The notes: a model not told the origin generated them from the letters alone. Shown: positions 48,392-58,741, numbered from the stretch's first letter. The stretch is DNA of 64,000 nucleotides from Planctomycetota bacterium (GCA_046290465.1 JBKAGP010000001.1:4448001-4512000); one strand, 5' to 3'. Program-made: numbers and translations.

Positions 48392-50320
48392 CTACAGCTG
48401 CAGGCTCACCGGCATGACCTCGCGCGCGACGATCTGCACGTAGCGCTCGTGCACGCCATGCACGCCGAGGTCGAACACCAGCCGGTACGGCCCCGGCGGC
48501 AGCACGTCGGCGTAGACCGAGACGTCGTCGTCGTGCAGCACGCCCGGCTTGCCGCCGTCGTGCATCGCGGCGCGGCGCACCGAGCCGTCGACCCCGTGCA
48601 CGGCCACGGTTCCCGGCAGGCGCCGGCCTGCCCGGTCGAGCACGTTGCACGCGAACCGCCCGCCGAATTTCGCCTGCACGGTCATCCTGGTCGGGGTCGA
48701 CGCGACAGTGACCGTGCGTTCGATCGGCAGCAAGAACGTGCCGTTGCGCTCGCCAGGGCCGGCGGTGATGCGCAGCCGGTAGGTTCCCGGTTCGACGAAC
48801 AGACGGAACGGCAGCTCGCGATCGTCGCGCTGTCGCGCCTCCTCGGTGCGCCGACCATCGCTGCGCTGCCAGGCGAACGTCGCGTTGCGCACCCGCGGTT
48901 CGGCTTCGATCTCGATCGCGAGTTCGACCATCGAATCGGTCAGCTGCAGGTCGACGGTACGGTGGTCGTCGCCGACGTCGAGCGCCGTCCAGTCCGAACG
49001 CAGCACGCCGCGGTCGGCGCGCACGACCGTCGGCTCGGCCACCAGCAGTTGCCGCGTGCCGTCCTTCTCGAAGCGCAGCGATTGGCCGCGCTCGCTCACC
49101 AGCCGCGCGTGCGGCTGCAGCTGGTCCTGGTGCACCGCACGCACCGTGGTGGTGAACGGCAGCACCACGTCGACGCGGGCCGGCGCCGTCGCGACGTGCA
49201 GCTGCAGGTTGCCGACGATGCGCATGTGCAGGACCGTCAGCACCTGCGCGATCACCTGCTGGCCGGGCGCTGCGGGCAACTCGAACCGGCCGTCGTCGCC
49301 AGTCGGGACGTCGCCGGACACCGCCAGCGTGCCGTCGGCCAGCACCGTCAGCGTCGTGTGCTCCGACACGTCCAGGTTGGTGGCGTTCGCATCTGCGGCA
49401 TTGGTGGACGTCAGGTGCACGCGGGCGTCGGCTGCCGGGCGGCCGTCCGGGTGGGTGACGGTGCCGTGCACGCGCGCCGCGTCCGGCACGACGAAGTCGA
49501 AGCCGTCGCGCGGTGTGCGGATGTCGAGCCGCGCCGTGCGTGCGCTCGGCAGCAGCGAGGGGTGCAGCTCGCCGGTGTCCTGCACCCCGTCGCTGCGCCG
49601 CCAGCGCATCGCCTGCGGCCGCATCGGGATCGCGACGACGAACAGCTCGGCGTCCGGCGGCGCGAGCAGCCGGAACGCGCCCCGTTCGTCGCTGCCGGTC
49701 TCAGCGACGGCGCGGCCGATCGGCTGGCCGTCACGGGTGCGGTAGGCGGCGATGCGCGCCGCGCGCACCGGCTCGCCCTGCGCGTCGTGCACGTGGCCCA
49801 GCACGGTCGCGACCGGCTGCACGTCGAGCACCAGTTCGCCGGCCAGCGTCAGGGCGCCGCGCTGCCGAACGAAGACGTCGCGATAGCCGTCCTGCCGGCC
49901 CTGCACCCCGAGCCTCACCATCCGGCCGGGCTGCCACCAGCTCGGCAGTTCGAGCCGGCAGCGGGCTTCGGCGTCGATCGGGGCGGTCGCGACGTGGTCG
50001 TCGAAGCGATGCTGCGCGCGCGAACGGTCCTGCAGCTCGAGGCGCAGTTCGCTGGTCCACGGCGCGTCGGCGTGCAGCCCGCGCAGGCGCACGACCAGGA
50101 AGCGCGGCGCGACCGGTTCGTCGTCGCGGCTGCGCGCCGTCGCGCGGATCGGCTCGTCGCGCCCGCCGGGCTGCGCGGCCGATGGCCCGACCTGGTCGTC
50201 GACGTGGGCATCGCGCACCGGTGGCGGCGCGGTCAGGTCCCGGTTCGCCGACAGCCACCACGCCGCGAGGGCGGCGGCGATCGCGAGCAGGCAGGCGAAC
50301 AGCAGTTGGCGTCGCTGCAT
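48392..50320 (-). CDS. Membrane-anchored carboxypeptidase-regulatory-like (Ig-like) repeat protein
   Basis: N-terminal anchor; GHVHDAQGEPV..SDERGAFRL and GTVTHPDGRPAADARV..TGDDGRFEL. Confidence 0.75.
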   Translation of the reverse strand: MQRRQLLFACLLAIAAALAAWWLSANRDLTAPPPVRDAHVDDQVGPSAAQPGGRDEPIRATARSRDDEPVAPRFLVVRLRGLHADAPWTSELRLELQDRSRAQHRFDDHVATAPIDAEARCRLELPSWWQPGRMVRLGVQGRQDGYRDVFVRQRGALTLAGELVLDVQPVATVLGHVHDAQGEPVRAARIAAYRTRDGQPIGRAVAETGSDERGAFRLLAPPDAELFVVAIPMRPQAMRWRRSDGVQDTGELHPSLLPSARTARLDIRTPRDGFDFVVPDAARVHGTVTHPDGRPAADARVHLTSTNAADANATNLDVSEHTTLTVLADGTLAVSGDVPTGDDGRFELPAAPGQQVIAQVLTVLHMRIVGNLQLHVATAPARVDVVLPFTTTVRAVHQDQLQPHARLVSERGQSLRFEKDGTRQLLVAEPTVVRADRGVLRSDWTALDVGDDHRTVDLQLTDSMVELAIEIEAEPRVRNATFAWQRSDGRRTEEARQRDDRELPFRLFVEPGTYRLRITAGPGERNGTFLLPIERTVTVASTPTRMTVQAKFGGRFACNVLDRAGRRLPGTVAVHGVDGSVRRAAMHDGGKPGVLHDDDVSVYADVLPPGPYRLVFDLGVHGVHERYVQIVAREVMPVSLQL

Positions 50321-50342
50321 GCCGGCAGGATACTCGCGCGGC

Positions 50343-50906
50343 ATGAAGCGCATCGCGATGACTTGTTCCCTGCTCGCGTTCTTTGCGTCGTCCGCGTGCG
50401 AGACCCCGGCGCCGGCGATGCAGGTCGAGCCGTGGCCGACCAGCGGCAAGGGCCCGACGCCGTACACCGCGGCGCAGATCCGCGACGCGCATCCGAGCGG
50501 CACGGTGCTGCGCTTCCGGATGACGTCGCCGACGACGGGTGAGGTCGTGCAGACGATGTCGTTCGTCGACAGCGACGCCGACGGCACCACCGTTCGCCAG
50601 CGCAACGAGCAGGACGGTGAGCTGATGGGTGCCGAAACCGAGCAGCGCGCCGGCTGGGAGGAGCTGCGCGAGCACGCGCGGTTCGACGCCGAGATGACCA
50701 CGCGCGAGGCGGTCCGCGGCGTGTCGGTGCCGGCCGGCACCTACGACTGCTGGCTCTACACGGTGCGGCAGGTCGCGATGCCGGGCGTCGTGCAGCGCCT
50801 CTACTTCGCGCACAAGAAGCCGGGCCCGCCGGTGCTGATCGTCTCCGAGGCCGATGGCAAGGAGATGATGCGCATGGAACTGCTCGAATACCGCCGCGGC
50901 GCATAG
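50343..50906 (+). CDS. Hypothetical lipoprotein
   Basis: Lipobox-like SSAC after a hydrophobic stretch; VSVPAGTYDC motif (DUF3108-like). Confidence 0.68.
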   Translation: MKRIAMTCSLLAFFASSACETPAPAMQVEPWPTSGKGPTPYTAAQIRDAHPSGTVLRFRMTSPTTGEVVQTMSFVDSDADGTTVRQRNEQDGELMGAETEQRAGWEELREHARFDAEMTTREAVRGVSVPAGTYDCWLYTVRQVAMPGVVQRLYFAHKKPGPPVLIVSEADGKEMMRMELLEYRRGA

Positions 50907-50954
50907 GCGGCGTCGGTGGCGCCGACCGCAGAAAAACCTGCCTGGACGCGACAG

Positions 50955-50980
50955 GTGATCTAGTGGTATAGATCACTAGA
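50955..50980. promoter_or_regulatory. Overlapping palindromic operator for the YtrA-type GntR, overlapping a -10 box
   Basis: GTGATCTA-N6-TAGATCAC (50955-50976) and TCTAGTG-N8-CACTAGA (50959-50980), 10 nt upstream of the GntR start. Confidence 0.7.
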
Positions 50981-50990
50981 GCCGTCGAAC

Positions 50991-51401
50991 ATGGTCTTCC
51001 TGCGAATCGACCCCAACGACCCGGTGCCGCTCGGCGCCCAGATCGTGCGCGGCATCCGCCTGGCCGTCGGCCAGGGACGGATCGCGCCCGGGGAACGGCT
51101 GCCGTCGGCGCGGGAGCTGGCGGCAACCCTGCAGGTCAACTTCCACACGGTGCGCAAGGCGTATGGCGAGCTCGAGGCCGACGGGGTGCTCGAGTTCCAG
51201 CGGGGGCGCGGAACGTTCGTCTCGGCGACCGCCCGGCGGCTGCGCGCGACCGACCTGCAGAAGCTCGTTCGCGGGCACGTGCAGCGGCTGGTCGAGGATC
51301 TCGCCGGCGGCGACGTCGACTACGACGCGCTCGCCGAGACGGTCGCCGAGGAGCTGCGCAAGGCCATGAAGCAACGCAAGAACGAAGGACGGACGCAATG
51401 A
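50991..51401 (+). CDS. GntR family regulator, YtrA subfamily
   Basis: GERLPSARELAATLQVNFHTVRKAYGELE..RGRGTFV; short C-terminus; precedes an ABC ATPase gene. Confidence 0.93.
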   Translation: MVFLRIDPNDPVPLGAQIVRGIRLAVGQGRIAPGERLPSARELAATLQVNFHTVRKAYGELEADGVLEFQRGRGTFVSATARRLRATDLQKLVRGHVQRLVEDLAGGDVDYDALAETVAEELRKAMKQRKNEGRTQ

Positions 51402-52300
51402 CTGCCAACACCTCCATCGATGCTTCGGCCGACGCGGTCGTGATCCGCGGACTGACCAAGCGCTACGGCTCCGACGCCGACTTCGCGGTCGACGGGCTCG
51501 ATCTGACCGTGCCGCGCGGCGCGGTCTTCGGCCTGGTCGGCGGCAACGGCTCGGGCAAGACCACGACGCTGCGCACGTTGCTCGGCCTGGTGCGCCAGGA
51601 CGGCGGCGAGGCGACGGTGTTCGGCGAGGACTCGCGCCGCCTGAGCAAGGCGGTGCGGCAGCGCATCGGCTACCTGTCGGAGAACGAGTTCCCCTACGAC
51701 GACATCGCGATCGTCGACGCGCTGCGGTTCGTGCGCGGCTTCTTCGACGCGTGGGACTGGGACTGGGTCGACCACCTGGTCGAACGGCTCGGCGTCGACC
51801 GGCGCAAGCGACTCGACGGCCTGAGCAAGGGCCAGCGCCGCCTCGCCGAGGTGCTGCTCGCGGTGGCGCCGTCGCCCGACCTGCTGGTGCTGGACGATCC
51901 GGCGATCGGCCTCGACCCGTCGGTGCGCCGCTCGGTGCTGTGGACGCTGCTCGAGACCGTGCAGGAGCGCGGCACCACCGTGCTGTTCAGTTCGCACATC
52001 CTGCAGGACGTCGAGCGCGTGGTCGACCACGTCGGCATCCTGCAGAACGGCCGCATGCGCATCGCCGGCGAGATCGACGACGTCAAGGAACGGGTCCGCC
52101 GCATCGTGCTGCCAAAGCATGCGGCGCCGACGCAGATCGACGGCGAGCTGTGCCGCGAGGAGCTCGGCAGCGAGGTCGCGATCGTGACCGGCAGCTGGAC
52201 CGAGGCGCTCGCCGCGCGCTATGCCGACGCCACCGCGATCGACCGACTCAACCTCGAAGAGATGTTCCTGTCGCTCGCGGGTGAGGAGGTGTCGTCGTGA
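51398..52300 (+). CDS. ABC transporter ATP-binding protein (YtrB-like)
   Basis: Walker A GGNGSGKTT, signature LSKGQ, Walker B LLVLDDP, H-loop SSH. Confidence 0.92.
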   Translation: MTANTSIDASADAVVIRGLTKRYGSDADFAVDGLDLTVPRGAVFGLVGGNGSGKTTTLRTLLGLVRQDGGEATVFGEDSRRLSKAVRQRIGYLSENEFPYDDIAIVDALRFVRGFFDAWDWDWVDHLVERLGVDRRKRLDGLSKGQRRLAEVLLAVAPSPDLLVLDDPAIGLDPSVRRSVLWTLLETVQERGTTVLFSSHILQDVERVVDHVGILQNGRMRIAGEIDDVKERVRRIVLPKHAAPTQIDGELCREELGSEVAIVTGSWTEALAARYADATAIDRLNLEEMFLSLAGEEVSS

Positions 52301-53628
52301 GCTGGGCGATCTGGACGGCCGACGCGCGCCGCCTCGGCGAGGTCGACCGCGCGCATCGACAGGCCCGGGAAGGGCGCGCCTTCGGTCGCGAGCTGGTGCC
52401 CGTGGGCCGGATCTCGCGCTTCCTGACCGTGTGCTTCGCGGTGGCGATCGGGTCCTTGATGTTGATGCCGGTCGACTCCGACGTGCCGGTCAACGTCGTC
52501 GTGATCACCGGCTTGATGCTGGCGTCGTTCGCGCCGTTCGCCGGCAGCTGGCTCAAGCTGACCGAGTTCGAACGGCTGCACGCGCCGCCCGCCGGTCTGC
52601 TGCTGCTGCGCCTTTTCCGCCTGTCGCCGTACCTGGTGCTGATCGGGGCGATCTGGGCCGCCATGCTGTTCACCGCCAGCGACAACGGCTGGGCGATCGC
52701 GGCGATCGGCTTGATGCCGCTGGTGATGAGCATGGCCAACATGCTGCGCGCAGAGTTCGCCGGCTACGCGATGCGCGTCGCAATCACCGCGACGTTCGTG
52801 CTCGGCTGGATGCAGGTCGTCGCCTGGCTGCCGATCGTGACGCTGGCGCTCGACGTCGCGGTCGTCCTGTGGTTCGTGCGGGACCTCGGGATCTACGATC
52901 GGCGCGGCTTCGCGATCCAACGCGAGGTCGGCGACGCGCGCGACGAGACGTTCGAGGAGCTGCTGGCTACCCGCCCCCTGCCCGACGTGCGGGCGTCGAC
53001 CCGGCGCTCCCTGTTCGCCAGTGCGGCGTTCTACGTGCGCGCCACGCAGTGGGGCTGGTTCGGCTATGCGATGCGGCGGCCGCTGGTGTCGACGGTGTCG
53101 CTGATGGTCCCGCTGGCGTTCTGGCTGCTGCCGATCTGGGCGGGGGTGCTGGCGGTGTGGCAGTCGGCCGAGGGGGTCGCCGCAATCTACGCGGTGCTGG
53201 CGGTCGCGCTGTCGATGTCGGTGATCTCGCTGGAGCCGAACGAACAGCTGTTCCTGTGGGGGTGTGACCTGCGCCAGGTCGAACGGCACAACATCGTCGC
53301 ACGGCTGCTGTGCGTCGCGCTGCCATCAGTCGCCGCCGGATCGATTGCGGTCTGGCTGATCGGTGCGGGCGACGTGCGTTGGATCGCCGTGGCGCTGCTG
53401 CTCGGCCTGCATCTCGCGCGCATCGGCATCACCGCGTTCAACCTGCTGACGCGCATCGTGCTGGTGGTCGCGTTCGCGGTTGCGCTGGTGGCCTGCGGCG
53501 CCGGCACCGCGATGGATCCCACAGCGGCGCAGTGGACGGGACTCGGGTTCGCGACGTTCGGCCTGGTCGGCATCGCCATCCGCGCGTTCCGCGACGAGCA
53601 GGCGCTGCGCGAGCATGCGTTCGCCTGA
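52297..53628 (+). CDS. Polytopic membrane protein, probable ABC permease
   Basis: More than 10 hydrophobic segments; GTGA-coupled to the ATPase gene. Confidence 0.7.
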   Translation: MSWAIWTADARRLGEVDRAHRQAREGRAFGRELVPVGRISRFLTVCFAVAIGSLMLMPVDSDVPVNVVVITGLMLASFAPFAGSWLKLTEFERLHAPPAGLLLLRLFRLSPYLVLIGAIWAAMLFTASDNGWAIAAIGLMPLVMSMANMLRAEFAGYAMRVAITATFVLGWMQVVAWLPIVTLALDVAVVLWFVRDLGIYDRRGFAIQREVGDARDETFEELLATRPLPDVRASTRRSLFASAAFYVRATQWGWFGYAMRRPLVSTVSLMVPLAFWLLPIWAGVLAVWQSAEGVAAIYAVLAVALSMSVISLEPNEQLFLWGCDLRQVERHNIVARLLCVALPSVAAGSIAVWLIGAGDVRWIAVALLLGLHLARIGITAFNLLTRIVLVVAFAVALVACGAGTAMDPTAAQWTGLGFATFGLVGIAIRAFRDEQALREHAFA

Positions 53629-53663
53629 TCGCGGAGCGGGGCCCCTGATCGCGGAACGGGGCC
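53624..53663 (+). repeat. 20-bp tandem duplication spanning the permease stop codon
   Basis: CCTGATCGCGGAGCGGGGCC followed by CCTGATCGCGGAACGGGGCC. Confidence 0.8.
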
Positions 53664-53824
53664 GATGCCGTCCGCCAGCGCGATCGGCCGATGCGATCCG
53701 CCGGTGACACCGGCCCGTTGCATGCAGGCGAGGCCCATCGCACGGGGTGCCGCCCACCGAAAGCGTGCAACAAATCTCGGCCCGGCTGTCCGCCGCGCTC
53801 GCTTGCCGACACTGTGCAGGCGTC

Positions 53825-56194
53825 ATGCCCGCACCTCGTCCGCACCCGACCCGTCCGACCGCCGCCCAGCTGCTGCCGGCCCTCGCCGCCCTGTGGCTCG
53901 CCGCCACCGGCCAGTCCCAGGAGCGACCCCAATCGCCGGAGCTGCAGCTCGCGGCGCGCGTGCCGATCCACTCGGCGCCCGCGGACGAGGGGGTCGCGTA
54001 CGGCACCTGGGGCGCGGGGCGGGACTACAAGGCGTCGTTCCACGACGGCATGACGTTCGTGCCCTACCTCGGCCGCAGCTACCCGGTCAGCCGGCCGGTC
54101 TCCTGGCGGACGACGTCGGTGACGGTCGGCAGCGTGACGTTGGTCGGTGCCGGCGAGGTCGCAGAGCAGCGGAGCCTCCCGTATCGCCATGAATACCGCT
54201 TCGCGGCGGGCGTGACCGAAGCCTACGACGTGCGCGAGGACGGTCTCGAGCAGACCTTCGTCGTCGAGCAGCTGCCGGCTGCCGGAGACCTGGTCGTTTG
54301 CGGCCGGATCACGTCGTCGCTGCGCGCGGCGAACGTGCGTGCGGCACACCAGCAGCTGCGGTTCGTCGACGACGAAGGTCGCGCGATCGTCGGCTATGGC
54401 GAAGCGATCGCATTCGATGCGGCGGGTCGACGCCTGGCGATCCCGACCTCCTGCCAGGACGGCGTCGTGTCGCTGCGGGTCGCCGGAGCGTGGCTCGAGT
54501 CGGCGGTGATGCCGGTCGTCGTCGACCCGCTGTTCTTCCCCTACTTCCTCGGCGGGTCCGGCGGCTCGCAGGAACTGACGTCGCTCGACGTCGCGAGCGA
54601 GGCGGAGAACGCCGTGCGGGACACGATGGTGGTCTACTCGCGTGCGGTCTCGGCGACCGACGACGACCTGTTCGCCCAGCTGCACTCGTCCCTCGGGGCG
54701 AGCGAGACGCTGGTGTTCTCCGACCTCAGCGCCAACTGGAGTTCGGACTCCGGCTCGGCGGCGTTCGTCGGCGGCGCCGACCGCTGGGTGGTCGCGTTCC
54801 GGCGCCTGTTCGCGAGTGGCGCGAGCCGGATCCGCTGCCGCGCGCACGACGCCGGGTCGGCGACCTTCGGCACCGCGATCGCGGGGGTGCTGCCGCAGTC
54901 CAACGACTACAACCAGTGGCGGCCGCGCGTCGGCGGCGTGCGCTCCGGGTGGTCGGGCGAGCACGCGCTGGTGGTGTTCCAGCAGGAGGACAACGCGCAG
55001 CAGGGCGGGGTGATGACCAACACCGCGCGCAGCACCGTGCAGGGGGTGACGTTCGACGCGACGCAGCCCAACGGCGCGTTCGGCGGCACGTTCGCGATCG
55101 GCGGCTCGCTGTTGTCCGACTACGAACGTCCGCACGTCAACCGCGTCGCCGAGGGCGACGACCTGGCGCCGTATCCGTTCGTGTGTGCGATGCAGGTGCA
55201 CAGCCCGCCGCTGCTCGGCGGCTCCGACGACTGGGACGTGATCTGTCGCCTGGTCGACACCGGCGGTGCCGTCGCGGGCAGTTCGTTCGCGACCGACCTG
55301 GGCGCGGCCAACGACCGCCACCAGATGGGGCCGATGGTCGCCGGCACCGGCGGTCGGTATGCGGTCGCGTTCTCGACGTTGTCGACGTCGTGGCCGATCG
55401 CCAAGCCGAGCGAGGTCGAGGGCACCGAACTGTGGCTGCAGCGGTTCGACTGGGATGCCGGCGCCGCGGCGCCGAGCGGCAGCCAGCCGTCCCACCAGCT
55501 CGACGTCGAGACGCTGCCGGCGCTGCGCCTCGGCGGCGTCGCGCACCAACGCGCCGACCGTTCGCGGTGGCTGGCCGTCTGGCGGCAGGAGGACGCCAAT
55601 CGGCAGCGCGCGCGCTGCGAACTCGTCGGCTACACCGGGCAGACGATCGACGAAGCCACCATCGAGAACCTGCCGCCGGCAAGCTACTTCTACGTCGGTG
55701 CGCCGGCGGTCTGCTTCGACGACGAGGGCGAGCAGTTCCACATCGTGCTGACGACGGACCAGTGGACGCAGCAGTATGCGCGGCCGTTGATCGGCACCCA
55801 GTACTACGACGTGCCGGTGACGCCGTGGAGCGCGACCGGCAACGGCTGCGCCGGGGCGACGATCGGCTGGTCCGGTCCGCAGCGCATCGGCACCGAGTTC
55901 TCCGGCGTCGAGGTCGCCAACGCGGGCGCCCTCACGGCGCACTTCGTGCTGGTCTCGCTGGCGCCGACCTCGTTCCCGGTCGTGCTCGGCGGCGTCGGTG
56001 CGGGTTGTGAGCTGTTGGTCGATCCGGGCGCGTCGTACGTCGGCATGATGCCGGTGCAGCTCGGCGCGGCGCCGTTCTGGCCGTTTGCGCTGCCCGAGTG
56101 GCTGCCCAACGCGACGCTCTACTTCCAGGACTGGATCCTCGAGAACGACGAGTTCCGCAGCACGCAGAGGCTCGAGGTGCCGATCGGGCGGTAG
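53825..56194 (+). CDS. Large secreted hypothetical protein with candidate sorting C-terminal domain
   Basis: Signal peptide; GVTEAYDVREDGLEQTFVV..MPVVVDP N-terminal module; ends GNGC..GCELLVDP..LP..TLYFQ. Confidence 0.78.
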   Translation: MPAPRPHPTRPTAAQLLPALAALWLAATGQSQERPQSPELQLAARVPIHSAPADEGVAYGTWGAGRDYKASFHDGMTFVPYLGRSYPVSRPVSWRTTSVTVGSVTLVGAGEVAEQRSLPYRHEYRFAAGVTEAYDVREDGLEQTFVVEQLPAAGDLVVCGRITSSLRAANVRAAHQQLRFVDDEGRAIVGYGEAIAFDAAGRRLAIPTSCQDGVVSLRVAGAWLESAVMPVVVDPLFFPYFLGGSGGSQELTSLDVASEAENAVRDTMVVYSRAVSATDDDLFAQLHSSLGASETLVFSDLSANWSSDSGSAAFVGGADRWVVAFRRLFASGASRIRCRAHDAGSATFGTAIAGVLPQSNDYNQWRPRVGGVRSGWSGEHALVVFQQEDNAQQGGVMTNTARSTVQGVTFDATQPNGAFGGTFAIGGSLLSDYERPHVNRVAEGDDLAPYPFVCAMQVHSPPLLGGSDDWDVICRLVDTGGAVAGSSFATDLGAANDRHQMGPMVAGTGGRYAVAFSTLSTSWPIAKPSEVEGTELWLQRFDWDAGAAAPSGSQPSHQLDVETLPALRLGGVAHQRADRSRWLAVWRQEDANRQRARCELVGYTGQTIDEATIENLPPASYFYVGAPAVCFDDEGEQFHIVLTTDQWTQQYARPLIGTQYYDVPVTPWSATGNGCAGATIGWSGPQRIGTEFSGVEVANAGALTAHFVLVSLAPTSFPVVLGGVGAGCELLVDPGASYVGMMPVQLGAAPFWPFALPEWLPNATLYFQDWILENDEFRSTQRLEVPIGR

Positions 56195-56265
56195 CTGCGC
56201 CGCCGGCGGCCGATACGTGCCGCGCGGCCCTGCCTTTGCGGTGCGTCGCGGCTATCGTTCGGGCC

Positions 56266-57024
56266 ATGCCCGCCTCGCCCTCGTCGCGCGCGAACCAGAA
56301 GATCGACCGAGCCTTCCGCTGGCGCGGCGAAGGCGTCTCGCGCCTCGAAGGGTTGACCGACGCGGTGTTCGCGATCGTGCTGGCGCTGCTGTTCCTGCGC
56401 AGCGAGCCGCCGGACAACTTCGCGGACCTGTTCACGGCGATGAAGTCGCTGGTGCCGTTCGCCGCGATGTTCGCGATCATCGCCTACGTGTGGATCGAGT
56501 CGTGGCTGTTCTCACGGCGGTTCGCGCTGCGGGACGGCTGGGCGATGTTCCTGCAGCTGTTGCTGTTGTTCCTGCTGCTGTTCTACGCCTACCCGCTCAA
56601 GTTCCTGTTCACGTTCCTGTCGGTCCTGCTGTTCGGGCCGATCGGCGACGTGACCCTGCACAGCATCTGGGTGGGGGCGGGGCCCGATGCGATGCAGACG
56701 CTGTTCGTCATCTACGGCATCGGCTACGGCTCGATCTTCGGTCTGCTCGCGCTGATGTACCACCGCGCGGCGAAGCTGCACGAACGTCTCGAGCTCAGCG
56801 AGGTCGAGCTCTACATCACGCGCGGCGCGATGCGCCAGAACCTGCTGCAGGTCGGCTTCGCCGCCTGTTCGGTCGCCTTCGCCGTGGCCGGCATCGGCAT
56901 CGGCATCGGCGTCGGCGGGCCAGGCTGGGTCTACGCGTGCATCGGGCCGGTGATGGCGTGGCACGGGGTGCGTCAGGGCCGCGGCGTCGAACGGCTGCAA
57001 AAGCTGGCGGGTCCCGAGGCCTGA
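56266..57024 (+). CDS. TMEM175/DUF1211 family potassium channel-like protein
   Basis: SRLEGLTDAVFAIVLALL (RxxxFSD variant); multiple TM helices. Confidence 0.8.
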   Translation: MPASPSSRANQKIDRAFRWRGEGVSRLEGLTDAVFAIVLALLFLRSEPPDNFADLFTAMKSLVPFAAMFAIIAYVWIESWLFSRRFALRDGWAMFLQLLLLFLLLFYAYPLKFLFTFLSVLLFGPIGDVTLHSIWVGAGPDAMQTLFVIYGIGYGSIFGLLALMYHRAAKLHERLELSEVELYITRGAMRQNLLQVGFAACSVAFAVAGIGIGIGVGGPGWVYACIGPVMAWHGVRQGRGVERLQKLAGPEA

Positions 57025-57132
57025 TCGCGCCTTGGAGGTGGTCCCAGCTTTCTCTGGGGCGGATACTTCGATGGAAACCCCGAAGCTCGCTCGCCGGGCT
57101 CGGCCTCACACCTCTCTCTTCAGGAGCCTCAG

Positions 57133-57978
57133 ATGCGTTCTCGTTGGTTGCCGTTCCTGGCAGTTGCGACTCTCGGCATGACGGCTTGCGACAGCAAGAC
57201 GACGTCGGCCTTCGACCCTTCGATCCAGCCGCAGATCGATGTGATCACCGACTGCTTCCCCAACCTGTGGGCGTTCGTGGACGGCGTGATCCGCATCTCG
57301 GATACCTGGAAGCTCGAGGGGGACAACAACCCGCCGGACCCGGCCGAGCTGAGCTGGAGCTTCACCGGGATGGACATCACGGCCAACCTGACCGTCGGCT
57401 CGTCGACCGTGACGATGGTGATCAGTGCCTACGGTCCCAACGGTGCGGCCGAGCAGCGCAACTGCCAGACGCTGGCCGATGCCGGTGCGATCCAGCCGGA
57501 CGACGCGCTGAGCGAGGCCATCGACAACATCGCGACGCAGCTGCGCAACGAGTTCGGCACGGCCAACCCGTTCTTGCACGGCGTCTGGTCGATCAGCGGC
57601 GGCGGCGTGTCGGCGACCGCCGAAGGCCTGCTCGGCATCATCGGCGGCGCGACCAACGCCAACGAACTCGAGGAGGTGCGCACCGTCGATGCCACCGTCA
57701 CGACCGGCGCGCCGGCCGTCGACCCGAGCACGATCGCGGACACCAGCTCGAGCCCGAACTGCACGATCACGTTCGACACCAGCGGCCTGATCACGGACGA
57801 GGAGCCGGGGCAGGAGTACCCGCGCGGCACGATCAACCTGACCATCAGCGACGGCACCACCAACGTCAACGCGACGATGACGTTCGACAAGTCGAACACC
57901 GCGCGGATCGAGATCTCGGGCATCTCGGGCGCCTTCCTCCTCAACCTCGACACCTTCGCGGTGACCGGCTCCTTCTGA
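57133..57978 (+). CDS. Hypothetical lipoprotein
   Basis: CAGGAG RBS; MRSRWLPFLAVATLGMTAC lipobox; beta-rich, YPRGTINLT. Confidence 0.78.
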   Translation: MRSRWLPFLAVATLGMTACDSKTTSAFDPSIQPQIDVITDCFPNLWAFVDGVIRISDTWKLEGDNNPPDPAELSWSFTGMDITANLTVGSSTVTMVISAYGPNGAAEQRNCQTLADAGAIQPDDALSEAIDNIATQLRNEFGTANPFLHGVWSISGGGVSATAEGLLGIIGGATNANELEEVRTVDATVTTGAPAVDPSTIADTSSSPNCTITFDTSGLITDEEPGQEYPRGTINLTISDGTTNVNATMTFDKSNTARIEISGISGAFLLNLDTFAVTGSF

Positions 57979-57982
57979 TTCC

Positions 57983-58741
57983 ATGCGCAAGATCCTCCTC
58001 TCTCTCGTGCTGCTCCCGTTCGTCGCGACGCTGCCCGCCTGCTTCGGGTTCGGGGCGCAGGCCCAGGTCGGCTACGCCCAGCTCGCGCTCGACGGTGACA
58101 TCGGCTACGTCAACGGCACGTCGTCGGGCAGCATCCAGCAGGACATCGAGTCCGGCTTCGGCCTCGGCGACGACCAGGGCAGCCCGTACGCGCGCGCCAA
58201 GCTCGACTTCGGCGTGCCCAACCTGTCGATCTCGGTGTTCAACTTCGAGGACGACGGCGAAGGCACGCTGAACGCGACGTTCGGTAACGTGCCGGCCGGC
58301 ATCCCGGTGCGTTCGGACTTCGAGCTGTTCAACGCCAAGGCCGCCTACGCGTTCGAGATCGGCATCGGTCCGGTCAGCATCTCGCCCGGCATCGCGGTCG
58401 ACTACTTCGACCTGGCGATCGACGTGCGCGACGCGTTCGGCATCTCCAGCGAGAACGTCGAGCTCAACGGTCCGCTGCCGCTGGCGTTCCTGCGCGGTGA
58501 GGTCGACCTCGGCATCGTCAGCGCGGTCGTCGAGGGCGGCTACATCACCGCGGACATCGACGACGTCGAGGGTGAGGTGCTCGACCTCGAGGCGCAGCTG
58601 GTGCTGCACCCGACCGACCTGATCGAGATCTTCGTCGGCTACCGTTCGCTCGAGCTCGAGCTGGACGGCGAGATCGACGGCGACTCGTTCGACACCGACA
58701 TCCAGATCTCCGGCTTCATGGTCGGCGGCGGCATCCGCTTC
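57983..58741 (+). CDS. Outer-membrane beta-barrel protein (TIGR04219-like); stop codon missing after the terminal Phe
   Basis: Amphipathic beta strands ending IFVGYR..SGFMVGGGIRF (a beta-signal), then TAC instead of a stop; the ORF runs on antisense to the SDR gene as far as 59566. Confidence 0.75.

Noticed and set aside
48123..48443. Short ORFs and a 12-bp tandem repeat (CCCGGACCGCGG x2 at 48273-48296) in the gap between the FG-GAP and carboxypeptidase-like genes
   Set aside because: No recognisable motifs or RBS; cannot be distinguished from intergenic noise or a gene remnant.
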